64,000 nucleotides of DNA from the NCBI GenBank assembly GCA_903813345.2, contig CAIIXF020000001.1, positions 33,356,001 through 33,420,000 of the forward strand, in the 5' to 3' direction. Both the position numbers and the translations under genes were made by a program. This DNA comes from Owenia fusiformis. Lineage: Eukaryota. The notes beneath the pieces were generated by a model that was given only the letters and a program-made list of their open reading frames with translations, made no database searches and had not been told where the DNA came from. Shown here piece after piece: positions 48,624-62,321 of the stretch (the stretch's first letter is position 1; each line of letters opens with the position of its first letter).

Positions 48624-50651
48624 GGTTATAATGAAAACACGCGCTACGCGCTAACGCGCTAGCGCACTAACGCACTGTTCAGAATGATCGTTCCCACAGG
48701 CCCGGGAACATGTATAAAACTCGAGTGAGTGAAGAGATTAGGTGGCGCATCAGAAAGCAGAAGTATGAAGAAGCCCAATGTTTGATCGTTACGTTAACTG
48801 TGCAAAGATTATCGATTGTCAGTGTGTTTTATCTGATTTAAAAGGAAGATAAATAGAAAGTAGCACCTTACAAGATGAATGGTCGCAGATATGCGAATAT
48901 GCTCCCTATTTCATTTTCATTGCATTATTTGGGTCCATCCATCGGCGAGAAAAATCCCGTTTCGAAATCTGAGCCGGGGGCCCAACTTTGTCGCATGTTA
49001 CCTCTTAATATCAAGTCATGGATGTTTTATATATCTTTACTCTTTGTATTTGAAGTTATTTCTCTCATGACTTACCAAACGGTGGGATAATTCAGGCGTC
49101 GCATTTATATTTTTCCATTTTTCTTTTCATGCCCTGTTACACTCTTTCGCTTTCATGGGGGGGGGGGGGGGTGTATAGGGTTATCGTATAAGAGGAGGGT
49201 GAAAATCTATTGTGTATGACTGCATAAGAGGGGGCAACATTTATCGTATATGGCATCGTATAAGTTAAATAAACATATGTTTTAAAAGAATTAAAGAAGC
49301 CTATTATGAAATTTAAAGTACAGTTTGAACGAATACTGCAGATCCAGCTTATCCCCATAAATTTGGGATTTCAATACACAAGTAGTTGTGGGGGCTTGCC
49401 CGTAGCCAGCTTTTACCAGGAGGGGAAGCCTTTTTCCAGGGGAAGCTTTTTCACAATTTTGGCTAATAATCATGAAAAAATTCTCAGAATGGTGAGAAAC
49501 TGCATGATTTTGAAAGAATCTCTGGCCAGAGGGGGAGCTCCGCTCCCCAGCTCCCCCTCTGGCTACGGGCCTGGTTGTGGGGGTGATTTGAAAAATCAGT
49601 CCCACAGGACAGGACAGTAACCAGGATTTCCCAGGGGGGGGCACTTTTTCAAAAAAAAATCCAAAGTCACCCTCCGAACCCCCCTGGCTTCGGGGCTGTG
49701 TACTGCCTATTTGCCGTATGATTATACATTTGGTACTACGTGGATTCTTGCATTATGTTATTTCCTTCTGAATATTATCCAAACTTTTCTCAACGGTAAT
49801 TTCAAAATTATCGTACAGATTATTTACCCGAGCTTTTTGTAAAATATAGTACTACAGGGAGATGTGAAAAATATTGCATACACTGTATGTTATACATGTA
49901 AAAGGGGTGAAAATGCTGTAAATGGTATAAGACTGAGGGGCTAGTGAAAAATAGTGTATATGGATTTCCAAGACCCCTATAAACCCCCCTTTCATGTTTG
50001 CTTTCGTTTTTCTCAATTTGATTTTAGATTTAAAAAGTTTTGAATTACGTCAGTCCCAGTGAATTGTATTACCTATCAGGAATATTGTTGAAAACAGGAT
50101 TGTATTTCATTTGGAATTAAAGTTTTAAATAAGAGACGATTTAAAAAGTAATGTAAACCTGACCAGTATGTTTTATCATTGTCCGGTAATTGGCCGTAAA
50201 TATTTATTAATTCTAAGTTACTCATGTTCTTTTAGGTCAAATACAGAGAAAAGTACACGTTCATTTAGTTTTGGAATTATTTCCTAAATTGAAGTCGATT
50301 TCTTTTTTTTAACGGTGTGAAGAACATCTTAATTGGTCTTATATTTTTAGAGAAATCGTAACTTGAAAAGTGTAATTTTCGAGAGGCTTTGTTTATTTCC
50401 TGCGGCCGCAAAGTTCACATCAAAGTCTGATTGACAGGGTTGCGGTGATTTATACAGTCTTTGAACTGTCAATGTTTTGACAAGTTCCCAGGGAGTCATA
50501 ACCCTAATTATACATGTCCCTGGGCCAAGGGTATAGACCAATCATAAACATGCGCTTAAAACATGCGCACACATCGTGGGGGAGGGATCATGTTCTATTA
50601 GCGCATTGGCGCGTGGCGCGTTAGCGCGTAGCGCGTGTTTTCATTATAACC
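48624..50651. mobile_element. Non-autonomous Mutator-like (MULE) element with 9-bp TSD
   Basis: Perfect ~36-bp TIR GGTTATAATGAAAACACGCGCTACGCGCTAACGCGC. GTAGCTTTA at 48615-48623 and 50652-50660. Empty site at ~33003. Confidence 0.9.
49395..49573. mobile_element. MITE of the CCCGTAGCCAG family nested in the MULE
   Basis: CTTGCCCGTAGCCAG / CTGGCTACGGGCCTG, flanked by the 10-bp direct repeat GTTGTGGGGG. Confidence 0.75.
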
Positions 50652-52125
50652 GTAGCTTTATAAATAATTTCAGATGTACTTTGTTGTAAAAGCCTATTTT
50701 ATTGTTAACAGTAGTTATATGTGATAATTTTGTAAGAAGAAATCAGCAAAAACACATAATCACTTTTTTATTGTCGGCCATTTTGGATTTTTCCGTCCTA
50801 AATTCTTTTCTGTGAAGTCTTGTCTACGTGTTTTCAGGTGAACCGTTTGGTAGATCAATTTCAAATTTTCAGAGATGATTCTAAGTATAAAAATCTAGAT
50901 CTGATTAGTTTTTTGGCATTCTGGGTAAATGTCAAGGCAGCCATTTTGAATTTTCCGTCCTAAAATCTTGTCTGTAAAGTCTTGTCTACGCGTTTTCAGG
51001 TGAACTGTTTGGTAGATCAATTTCAAATTTTCAGAGGTGATTCTTAGTATGAAAATGTAGAACTGATTAGTTTTTTGGCATTCTGGGTAAATGTCAAGGC
51101 AGCCATTTTGGATTTTCCGTCCTAAAATCTTGTCTGTAAAGTCTTGTCTATGCATTTTCAGGTGAACTGTTCTGTAGATCAATTTCAAATTTTTAGGGAT
51201 GATTCTTAGTATGAAAATGTAGATCTGATTAGTTTTTTGGCATTCTGGATAAATGTCAAGGCAGCCATTTTGGATTTTCCGTCTTAAAATCTTGCCTGTA
51301 AAGTCTTGTCTACGCGTTTTTAGGTGAACCGTTTGGTAGATCAATTTCAACTTTTCAGGGATGATTCTTAGTGTGAAAATCTACATCTGATTAGTTTTTT
51401 GGCATTCTGTGTAAATGTCATGGCAGCCATTTTGGATTTTCTGTCCTAAAATCTTGTCTGTAAAGTCTTGTCTACGCGTTTTCAGGTGAACCATTTGGTA
51501 GATCAATGTCATATTTTCAGGGATGATTCTTAGTATGAAAATCTAGGAACAGATTAGTTTTTTGACATTCTGGGCAAATGTCAAGGCAGCCATTTTGGAT
51601 TTTCCATCCTAAAATCTTGTCTTTAAAGTCTTGTTTACATGTTTTCTAGTTAACTGTGTGATTGATCAATTAAAAATTTTCAGGGGTGGTTCTTAGTTTG
51701 AAAATCTAGAACTGACTAAATTTTTGGCATTCTGGGTAATTTTTAAGGTGGCCATTTTGGATTTTCCGTCCTCAAATTGTGTTGGTAAAGTCTTGTCTAC
51801 TCATTTTCAGGATAACCATTTGATGGGATCACCCATTGGTGGGGACATTTTGTACACATTTGTGTTCTTGTTTTTTTTATATGATAAACTATTTATTTCA
51901 TGATATTCAAATTTACATCGAATTGCTTGCCAATCGCCTAGTGGCATTATAGGCCAAGCTTAAATACATAATATATATTTTATACAATTATGAACAGCAT
52001 TTTGTCCATTGTGGCATAGAAGAACTGGGAGTGTCTGGCTAAGAATGAGAGTTAGGTGTCAAGTTTTTGGTTCCATGAGGGCAAAAAGGGAGATGAGAAT
52101 GATACAGAAAAACTATGGAAGGGTC

Positions 52126-55100
52126 TTATTTCATATTTTCTTGGATAAAGTTTGCAACATTTTCAAAATGTTCATTCTTTTGAAGGATTGAAAGGTCATT
52201 ACTTCCATATTTCAAAAAACGCATAATTTGGTTTTCATTTTTGATAGTGTTTGGTTTGTATATTGAGATTTTATTAAAAAACATTTTGAGGGCATCTAAA
52301 AAGACATGTTTTGGGGTTTCAGGTAATCCACATGCACAGTTGGGAGTGTTTAAAGTTTACAATTATTGTACACTAAGGCTCGTGAAATTCTAAGTAACTT
52401 TGACCTCTATAGTGAAAATTTATTTGTCAATCTCATTTCAAGTAAAAACTTAACATTACAAAGACACATTGGAAAATTCATTTATCATTCATTTAAGAAT
52501 TTGTAGTCAGAATGCAGGGTATGTGCACCACACTTTAAATGTAACCTTGTCCTTTCATCATGATGTATACTACCTTTATTTTGGGTTTTTGTATATCTCG
52601 TATATATTTTTGTACTTTTGCCTTAGTTAGTATTTGTAGTTTAGATATTTAGTTTTTTCATAGTTATGACTAATGTAATCATGTTATGATACAAGATGTC
52701 AATAAAAGTTATATAAAGTGGTAAAGTTGTGTGCATATAGTTGGGCTTTAAAAATCAAATCCACTCTGAATCTGTTTAGTACGATTTCTAAGTTCCTGGT
52801 AAGCTTTAGTTTGGTTGTAGGGTCAAAATTAGGTTTTGATTCTTGGATAAGTTTTTTTTGGCGACTTTTGAAGATAGGAAGACCTATACTTTCTTTTAGA
52901 TATTGTGGAGCTCTGTTCCACAGTGAGGCAGCATTAAAAGCTGGCGACTTTTTCAGTTTATCTGAGCATTTTGCGGGCAATCTATAGTCTATCTTATGTC
53001 TTAATGTTCTTGCATTTTGAATTTTTAAAGGCTCAAAAATATCGGTAATGTATTTTGGACATAAATTGTGCTTGACACGATACATAAATCTCAAAATTTG
53101 CATATCCCTTCTGGTCTCAAGAGGTGTCCATGCAAGTGTATCAATGACTTTTTCTGTGCTGCTTCCATGAATACAGCCGCTACAGATAAGTGCTGCTTGG
53201 TAAAAGCATTGGTTCAAAATATTGAGAAGGTAAAAATAATGGCACCATATTTAAAATGTGGTCTTATGAATGATACAAAAATAGATTTAGATGTAAGATT
53301 TCGTTGTAGAGACTTAAGCGGATTGATCATTTTATTTACTTTATCTCGAATTGACAACATGTGTGCTTCATTTGTCAAGTGCTCGTCAAATATAAATCCT
53401 AAGTGTTTCTGTGAATTCACACGATCAATGGGTATATTGTTCATGACTGTTTCACTTACCTGTGTTAATTGAATTTTTGATTTATGGAATATTATTTCTT
53501 TCGTTTTTTCGGCTTTAAGACTAAGTTTCCATTTTTCAGACCAAAGTATAATTTTTCTTATAGATTCATTTACTTTATCGTCAATTTCTTTTGGATTTTG
53601 AGTACTAAATGGAAAATATACTGAGGTATCATCAGCATAGATGAAACAGTCTGTGTCCAGGTCATCTTTAGATCATTTATAAATAAAAGGAAAAGCAAGG
53701 AGCCTAATATTGACCCCTGTGGGACACCGCTTTTTATAGCATTTGGTTCAGATAAATGTGAGGAAGTGCCTGCTATTGTGACCCTAACTCTGCGATCATT
53801 TAGATATGACTTCAACATTTTGAGAACTTGGCCACCTATACCATATGATTTTGTTTTTAAGAGTAAGAGTCTATGTGGCACGCAGTCAAAGGCTGACGCG
53901 ATGTCTAAAAATAGGGCTTTTATTCCCTTTCCTTTATCCAAATTAGTTTGTATAAGATGTTCAATGGCGACTAGCTGCGCCTGAGTACTATGCCCTGGCA
54001 GAAACCCTGACTGAAATTTAAACAAAAGGTTATTTGAAATCAAGTGGTTTTTAATTCTGTCAGCGACAATAGTTTTCAAAAATTTTTGACAGACAGCTCA
54101 ATAGTGTAATGGGTCGATAGTTTGATATTTCTGATTTATTATTCTTTTTATGGATGGGGCAAATATTTCCAATTTTCCAGGAGTTCGGGAAAGTGCAATT
54201 TTTGAGTAACTTGTTAAATAGGTCAGCTAAAGGGTGAGATATTGTATGTGCATTTTATTAGTTATTTTATCTGGGCCACAGGCTTTGGAGCTGTCAAGTT
54301 TTAGAATTATTTTCATAACCTCTTCAAAATTAGTTTGTATTGAAATCAAGAATGAATTTGTTCTCATGGGGAAAATTGGCTCGTAATTAAGTGGAGTGTC
54401 ATTTTTATATTTCTCAACAAAAAAGTTAAAAAAATGATGTGGCCTTGTCAAAATTTGATGTCATTGGATCACCATTACTATTAAATAGTGCTGGTATGTT
54501 TGAATGTGCTTTGCCTTTTCCAATTAGACAGGTAATTAGTTTCCAAAAGTTTTTGTCATTTTTATTGAGTTTTTCAACAGATTCAAAAATTTTATTTTCA
54601 TGCCGCAGTTTTGCTTTCTTAATAAGATTTGTCACCAATTCTGCTTGGGTTTTGTAAAGTTGGTCATTAATTGGATTTGAATTCTTTTGATAGCGTTTAT
54701 AAAGTGATCGTTTTTTTATAGACTCGACTCTTAATTTCTCATTGAACCATGGTTGATCATTTGATTTTGTAATCTTAAAGTTATTTGGAATTTGGTCTTT
54801 ATAAACTGACCATAATGTTTCCGTAAAGGTAGATGTTAATGTATCAATATCTTGTGAGTTCAAAATAGATTGCCAGTCGGTATTTCTAATAACATTGTTA
54901 AGATCTTCAGGGTTTGCACGGTCATATTGCCAGACTATACGCCTAATAGGAGGATGCCTTGGTTTAGAGAGATTTAAGGAAGTAAGAAGTGTTCCATGAT
55001 CAGATCTACCAATTGGATCAATAACTGACCAGGACTTGACTTGTTCACAAGAATTTGTAAAAATATGATCTATGCATGTGCTAGAAGTACTTGTTATTCT

Positions 55101-55130
55101 TGTTGGTTGGTCAATAATTTGGTCAAAACT
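52126..55130 (-). pseudogene. LINE ORF2 (endonuclease-reverse transcriptase), multiply frameshifted
   Basis: ORFs 54426..54863, 54227..54451, 53570..54079, 53214..53444 and 52699..53217 tile one protein. Confidence 0.9.
52357..52713 (+). other. 357-bp insertion within the LINE ORF2
   Basis: TAAAGT at 52351-52356 and 52714-52719. Removal joins HNFTTL to NTPNCACG in frame. The insert has AATAAA near its right end. Confidence 0.7.
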
Positions 55131-55842
55131 TGGACTTCTATCAATTTATAAAATCAATCAGTTGTATAGCAGTTAAAAATAACAAGTATGTATGAATACA
55201 TTGAATGGTATCTACTGTTTGTACTCTGAATAATTACCTATAAGCAATCAAAGGTCGAAGGGTTTTCATGAAAATATATTCCAAAATATTCTTGACACCT
55301 TGTAAGTCGTAGGTCGAAGGGTCGTAGGGCCGAAGTTTTTTTTAGTATTCTCCCATTTCTAGAGGCAATTTTACATGTAGATTTCAAATATGATATCGCT
55401 TTGTCTGATTTTTATCTTACCTAAAAAAGGTACGATTTTGATGTCAGCTTGGCGGGCAGCGTCTCACTTTTCTTGTCATCACGATATCAGGAAAACCACT
55501 TGATGAATTTATTTTAAATTTTCACACATGTTACATGGTAGGAAGTACTAGAGCTGATTAACTTTTCAGTGGCCATCTTTGATTCTGGTGGTCATCTTGG
55601 AAGGTTTTAGATAAATCTTGTATCTCCGTCCGTCAGTTTTTCCCTCTGTCTGGGCAATAACTCAAATACCAATTGACGGATTTGATTCAACCTTGACTGT
55701 TCTCGAAAAGGCAATAAGCTGACATATATTATTTTTTACATTTTCATACAACTGACAAGATAATAAATGTTTTAATATATTTGACGTAGTTATAAATGAT
55801 TTTTAAGCGTAAAATCAAAGGAAACTATATAATTAGAAAAAA

Positions 55843-55912
55843 GATTAGGCAGGGATTCGAACACGGGACGTCCCATTCTAGGCGAGCATTCTACCAGTGT
55901 ACTACCCCAACA
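55843..55912 (-). pseudogene. tRNA-Gly-like derived sequence
   Basis: Minus strand GGTAGTACACTGGTAGAATGCTCGCCT...CCCGTGTTCGAATCCCTGCC followed by TTTTTT. Resembles the eukaryotic tRNA-Gly D and T arms; the anticodon arm is damaged. Confidence 0.65.
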
Positions 55913-55953
55913 TCACTTATTAGCTGGAGTAATTTAACAGATCTTATCTGAAC

Positions 55954-56195
55954 TTGGCCCAACGTTGGTCTACAGTTGGTCCGACAATGTTATGAGGGAT
56001 GTTGGAGCATTGGTGGTCAAAACTGGTTGGCCCAACATTGGTCAACAGTTAGCCTGACAATGTTATGAAAAATGTTGGGGCAACAATGGTCAAGACTGGT
56101 TGGCCCAACGTTTGTCCACAGTTGGCCTGACAATGTTACGAAAGACGCTGGTGCTCTAGTGGTCAAGACTGGGTGGTTGGCCCAACATTGGTCCT
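55954..56195. repeat. ~73-bp tandem repeat, ~3.3 copies
   Basis: TTGGCCCAAC recurs at 55954, 56027, 56100 and 56177. Confidence 0.85.
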
Positions 56196-57809
56196 CGAAC
56201 AATATTACAAGAAATCATGGTAAATAATTTGCTACATGCACGTACTGATAATGCTGATGTTGACTTTGGCCAAACAATTAATGGTACGTGATTGTAAATA
56301 TAGGTTGGAATATGGTTTTTAACAGTAAGTCTACTTTGTTCATTTAACAACATAATGATGGACCACTGACCAATGATGGACGTGCAACTTATCACCGTAC
56401 ATTTCTCCAGTCGAGTCACATGTAGGTAAAACTCCAATTCTGCACATAGAACGCATGCATAATGCCCAAAACTGCTGGGAGTGAAAATAATCTGCATTGT
56501 AACGAAGCGGCAACCAATTTACTGACTGAACTACTCAGTTGAAGTCAACATTCCCGGGTAAAATATCCCGGGGACAGATAGCTGTTCCCTTTATTGGTCA
56601 AACTAGGTTTTATTTTACTCCACCTTTTGTATTCAACTTCCAGATATAATTTTTGCATTAAATTGTTGCCAATCAGTCAACATTACATAAAGGACCGTGT
56701 TTTTTTACAAAATGTTTTCAATTATTGGTTTAAGAGAAAAACATTGTTGAATTCAGTTCACCATATCAATCCTTTTAGAAGCTGATATGCTCTGTTGAAG
56801 ATGGAATTTTCAAGATGGCCACTAATTATCAAAATATGTTTAGTTCTGTGGGATTTGCTACTTTGTGGAGTTGCTGTTTTTCTAGTTTTCTTGTGTTTTT
56901 ATGATTTTTATTTTCCGATTCGATATCAATGCAGACACGACACATTGACGAATCAATCTTCTAGTGTGCTCTCACTCCTGGTTTTTGAACACTGTTGATA
57001 TCTTAATAGCAGGGGTCAGATGTCACGGATTTAGTTCTCAAAGACACCCTGAATGGCATGCATGTTGTAGACATTGTGTTTGTGTAAATACTTGTATTTT
57101 CAGCATTTTTTGGCAAAATGAAGTCTTACTTTTGATTTTCATAGTATTTCCAATGGATTGATAAGTACTTGATCTTTAGACATCAAAAACAGCTCAAACA
57201 GACTACACCAATTATTAGAATTATTAAAAAATATTTTCGATCAGTCAATTTCTATATGTCAAGTTTTTAGCTATGCCAATGAAAGATTGTCAAGTTGTTA
57301 GCATCGCATTATCCATTCATATTTGATAGCATTTTCAACCATGCACCATCTTTTAATTCAAGAGTTAAATTGAAAATAAACACTGTGAAACATGGGCCTG
57401 CACCACTATGGATCTCTGAACTTCAAATGCTGTTTTCTATGTATTAAGTAATTTTTTCTCAGTTCAGTATTATCCCAAATTAAGGTTTGTATCATATCTG
57501 ATTGAGTGTGTGAGTAACATATTTCATCCTTTTTTCTTCAAAAACATGCATATTGCCTGTTTAAAATAATTATATCTCTGTGAGTTATGCCTGAGATTTA
57601 ATATTCATTTTTGTGATATTCAATCTGTAGATCTGGATGTAGATTGATACGAATTACACAGCACAGTTAAATATAATAAGATTGGGCTCAGCCGGAAAGA
57701 GATTGGGTTTGCATTTTATTTAAGCAGAAAGATTGCACTCTCAAGCTCCATCACTGTATAAATCTGGACGAGTTGCAAGCCTTAATTAAGCGGTTTCCTC
57801 CTGTTCATC

Positions 57810-60060
57810 CTCCAATTGTTTTGATGAGTTAAAATGATAAAACACATATTCCTGCATACGTTTTCACTTGTTGAGCACTTGTCAACATTACCATTTACTT
57901 ATTATTGAGGGATTTAACAGGGGTCCACAAAAAATGAAACATATTAGATTTTGATATTTTTGAAGTTTACAACAGATTATCTACTAATGAATCGGTTTTT
58001 GGGAAGGTTATTACTTATTAGCATGACATATTGATTTTATCTGTTGAATTGAAAGAAAGATCACCTGTCTGACTATATTTTGCATTTAAAATGATTGAAA
58101 TTAATTGTTCCATTTAGTTCACTTTCTTTTAACATCATCTTGTTTTTGTTGATCGGCCAATTGTTTTGATATGTTTAAATGATAGAACATATATTCCTAC
58201 ATACGTTTTCACATGTTGAGCACTTGTCAACATTACCATTTACTTATTATTGAGGGGTTTGACAGGGGTCCACAAAAAATAAAAATATTAGATTTTGGTA
58301 TTTTTTAAGTTTATAAAGGATTATCTACTCATGAATCGGTTTTTGAGAAGGTTATTAGCATGACCTATTGATTTTATCTGTTTAATTAAAAATAAGATCG
58401 TCTGTCTGATTATTTTGCATTCAAAATGATTAGAAATAATTGTTCCTTTTTGTTCACTTTCTTTTAACATCATCTTGTTTTTGTTGATCCGCCAATTGTT
58501 AAATGATATGTGCAAATGATAAAACATGTATTATCACATACATTTTCACCTGTTGAGGACTTTACCGCTTACTTATTATTGAGGGGTTTAACAGGGAGGG
58601 GTCAACAAGAATATTAGATTTTGATAGATTGAAGTTTACAACAGATTATCTAGTCACTAATCGGCTTTTGGAAAGTTTACTCATGGGCGTAGCCAGGGGG
58701 GGTGCGATGGGTGCGATCGCACCCCCCCCCCATAACCTTTGAAAATATGACCATTGGATAGAGGTAGAAAAGAGCTTTAAAATGCTTTTTATTTGAAGCT
58801 TCTAGCTCAATTTTGAAGGAAGTTGCATCAATTTTTGTAAAATTCAAAAGAAATCTTAATTTTTTGTGTTGCTTATGGCAAAATCGCACCCCCCCTGACC
58901 GAAAACTGAAAAATTTTCGGCGATCGCACCCCCCATGACTGAAAGCTGGCTACGCCCCTGTTACTAGTATAACATATTGATTTTATCTAGATGTACATTA
59001 GATGTTCAAGAGACCAATAAACTTATTTATTAATTATTGAGGGGTTTAACAGCGGTTCACAAAAAATATAAAAAATATTCGATTTTGATAGTTTGAAGTT
59101 TTTTTGGAAAGGTTATTATTAATATTAGTATGCCATATTGATTTTATCTGTTTAATTGAAACTAAGATAGTCTGTTTGACTATATTTTGGATTCAAAATG
59201 ATGAAAAATTAACATCATCTCGTTTTCGGTGATCCGGCAATTGTTAATGATATGTTTAAATGATAGAACATATATTCCTACATACGTTTTCACCCGTTGG
59301 GGACCTGTCTACATTACCGTTTACTTATCATTGAGGGGTTTAACAGAGGTCCATGATAATGAAAAATATTAGATATTGACACTTTTGAAGTTAACAACGA
59401 ATTTTCCACTTATGAATCGGCTTTTGGAAAGGTCATTAGCATGATATATTGATTTTATCTGTTTAATAGACTAGTTGCGAATAGAAATAATCTTGATTTA
59501 CGTCATTAAATATTCAAAATTCAGTCAAAGTGATGTCATATTTGAAATCTACATGTAAAAGTACATCTAGAAAAATGGTTTCAAAAATTGTTTATCAACT
59601 TTGAAAATTTAATTTTTTTTGAAAATGTGACTTCTAATTCGGGTTGATTCCTCATAGACCCCATGTTACAAAATCACAAAAAGTGAAATATCTTTTCTTG
59701 TATTGGACAGATAACATTTTCTTTTACTGGACATATTTTAATTTGCATAACTTTTAGATACATAGGGGTTATATAAAAATTGAACCACTAAAACAGATGT
59801 AATTTAAGTTAAAGGGAACTTTCTACTATACCCGCCATGTTATCTGACCCGAACGAGCCACCTGGTGGCGAAACTGGTAACTACCTACTCGCATCTGCGT
59901 TATTGAAAATAATATCTTCTGTCTTACTATATTTTGCATTCAACCTGATTAAAAATAATGGTTCCATTTAGTTCACTTTCTTTGAACACAATCTTGTTTT
60001 CGTTGATCTGCAAATTGTTTCTGCCTATATTCCTACATACGTTTTCACCTGTTGAACACT
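57810..60060. repeat. Degenerate ~340-bp tandem repeat interrupted by insertions
   Basis: ATTCCTACATACGTTTTCAC..TTACTTATTATTGAGGGGTTTAACAG recurs near 57850, 58195, 58530, 59030 (partial), 59275 and 60030. Confidence 0.8.
58682..58960. mobile_element. MITE with 5-bp TSD (TTACT)
   Basis: CATGGGCGTAGCCAG / CTGGCTACGCCCCTG. TTACT at 58677-58681 and 58961-58965. Confidence 0.85.
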
Positions 60061-60524
60061 GAAACTGAGCACTGTTTACATTTTAAAACCTTTACGGAAA
60101 AAGCATTTGATCACATATAATATTGCATTAAATCATAATCTAAGATGAGTTAGGAATTTATTCCCACAATTTATAAAAATGGATTTTAACATCAATAAAG
60201 CATATGATATGATGTGGGGTGAAAGGATATATGACTTTTGCGATACGGGCTCTACAAGCATCTTTACAAGCAAATAACTTTAGTAATAGAAATGCATTTA
60301 CCCTGATTATTTTATTTAGTAGAAAATAGACTGTCCTATGAGGCAATGCTAGAACCCAAACTTTCTATTGAAATTAATTAATACCGTCTCGCCCAATATT
60401 GTTTTCTCGAATAGGTATTCTGCCATATCCAGCTCCTGATCATCCAGTATTTGTTTAATATTGCCCGCAGAAATGACGTTATTAGAATTATTGCTCAGGT
60501 CGATAAAGTAACATACAATCAAAT

Positions 60525-61648
60525 TTTTTATTCTGTGAATCAGTTCATATGGTTAGAATAAGGAAAGAATGTGATGTAACCACGTGTCTACTTACTAGCT
60601 TGTTCTAAGTCATCCATCGGACTAGGTTACATCGTGGAACGCAGCCAAACACGACAATGAAGCCAGTATTCTGAGGTTATAAAATCAAAATCTAAATAAT
60701 TTCCCATTTGCAGCCCCTTGGAGATTTCCGGAATTGAACAAAGTAGCGAACGTTGCGATCTTTCAACTTTAGTTCGTTCTTTTTCACCACCTCATGTGTA
60801 CTGTTTTTATCGCACTTTGAAAAAGTGCTATATTGTCGTCGTCTTGTGCTGTTGGGCGGGCGGGCGGGCGTGTGGGCGGGCGGGCGGCACATAAACCAAA
60901 TCTTGTCATCAAATTTCCAGGATAACTGCTTACCTGTTCAATTTGAAATTTTTACAGATGCAAGAGCAGACTAGTACCAAGATCCGATTAGGTTAAGGGC
61001 ATGCTGGGTAAACTAAGTGGCGGCCATTTTGAATTTTTCAACAAATCTTGTCATCAAAATTCCAGGAAAACCACTTATCCATTCAACTTGAAATTTTTAC
61101 AGATGCAAGAGCAGACTATTGTCAAGATCTGATTAGGTTTTGGGTATGCTGGCTGAATTACATGGTGGCCATTTTGAATTTTCAAGGTCACTGAAGGTGA
61201 ATGAAAGGTCAAATCTGAAATCTAAGGTCAGATTTGAACTTCTGAGACCTTGTAGATGTTTTTAAAAAAAAAAATTGAAAAATTCAAAATGGCCGCCAAA
61301 TTGAAAAATTCAAAATGGCCACAGATGTGTTCAGATTTGGACCAAGGTGTCCACATTTTGAGGGGAGGTGTTCAACATTTCCAAGTCACTCATGTTAGGT
61401 GTTCCCAAGTTGACAGGCCTGTAATCACGTGTCAGTCACGTGAGCTTGCAAAATGGACGATCTAAATTTCCAAAAATTCAGCTAAGATCAAGATAGATAT
61501 GCTGTTGCCTTCAGTGTCCTGTTCGACTGCGTTCCACGATGTAACCTAGTCCGATGGATGACATAGAACAAGCCGGTAAGTAGACACGTGGTTACATCAC
61601 ATTCTTCGTTATTTCAACTATATGAACTGATTCCCAGAATAAAAAAAA
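60525..61648. mobile_element. Inverted-repeat element remnant (~125-bp arms) with nested insertions
   Basis: 60525-60655 is the reverse complement of 61515-61648. The interior holds a HINE-like head and one end of the 6-bp-TSD family (61325-61421). Confidence 0.7.
60804..61320 (+). mobile_element. HINE-like 5' portion, family 5
   Basis: T run, hairpin GCACTTT..AAAGTGC, (GGGC)n microsatellite and ~147-bp tandem units. Confidence 0.6.
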
Positions 61649-61649
61649 T

Positions 61650-62321
61650 GAGTGTAAATGCCACCTAAACTAGCACTAATACCCCTAAAACATGCCCCGC
61701 AAGGTGGTAATAATAGTAATTGATCCGAGAACTATCCACAAAATATTCATCTTTTTGAATTAATCTTGAATTAATTCTTCATTAAATGAAAATCTGAACC
61801 ACTTTAAGATATTCAAAAAATTCAGTGTGCCATGTTTATAGTATTCACATACCAGAGATGATCAAAATCGCTCCACAACTTTTCGAGTTATAGTAAAATA
61901 CGTTAAAATGGCCGCCTTCTCCCACTCCACTACTTTTCGAGTTACAGCAAAAATCGTTAAATAACAAGTAAAGGACACCATTTTTCAAGATGGCTGCCAT
62001 GTGCTTCTTTAATATCTACATTTCTAGCTTTATTAATGTCCTATATATATTTTTTTATTGCAGTTTTACATATTGCACCTAAATAACTGTAAAATCGGCG
62101 CTAAAATGGCCGCTTTTTTTAAATGAGTGGCCATTTTGAAAATCGGCTTTCGAGCAGAACTTTTACCTCCATAGGGTATATGTGTACAAAATATGAACAA
62201 AATTGGGCCTATGGTATTTGAGTTATTGCCCGAACGGACGTACGTACAGACGGACGGACAGATGGACGGACGGACGGAGGCCCGTTCCCTATATCCCTCC
62301 GAACTTCGTTCAATGGGATAA
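61650..62321 (-). mobile_element. HINE-like element related to 47421-48060
   Basis: Reverse-complement head TTATCCCATTGAAC..GTTCGGAGGGAT plus (CCGT)n. Confidence 0.7.

Larger units (their letters stand above)
48168..51871 (+). mobile_element. HINE family 2, full-length, carrying a MULE-like insertion and a 162-bp tandem array
   Basis: Same termini as 32571-33692. About six 162-bp units at 50778-51770, the source of the 54-aa-periodic ORF 50895..51350. Confidence 0.85.
51872..55130 (-). mobile_element. 5'-truncated, decayed CR1-type LINE
   Basis: ORF2 fragments in order: endonuclease end (DQIIDQPTRITSTSSTCIDHIFTN..SDHG), PWFN linker, KACGPDKI, QSGFLPGHST, FLDIASAFDCV, SGVPQGSILGSLLFLLFINDL, YADDT. 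C-terminal NCACGLPETPKHVF and stop at 52126-52128; 3' UTR with AATAAA and an A-rich tail near 51872-51900. Confidence 0.92.

Noticed and set aside
50895..51350. 151-aa ORF with 54-aa periodicity
   Set aside because: It is the 162-bp tandem array read on the minus strand; neighbouring units contain stops.
52718..54657. Plus-strand ORFs overlapping the LINE
   Set aside because: Antisense shadows of ORF2.
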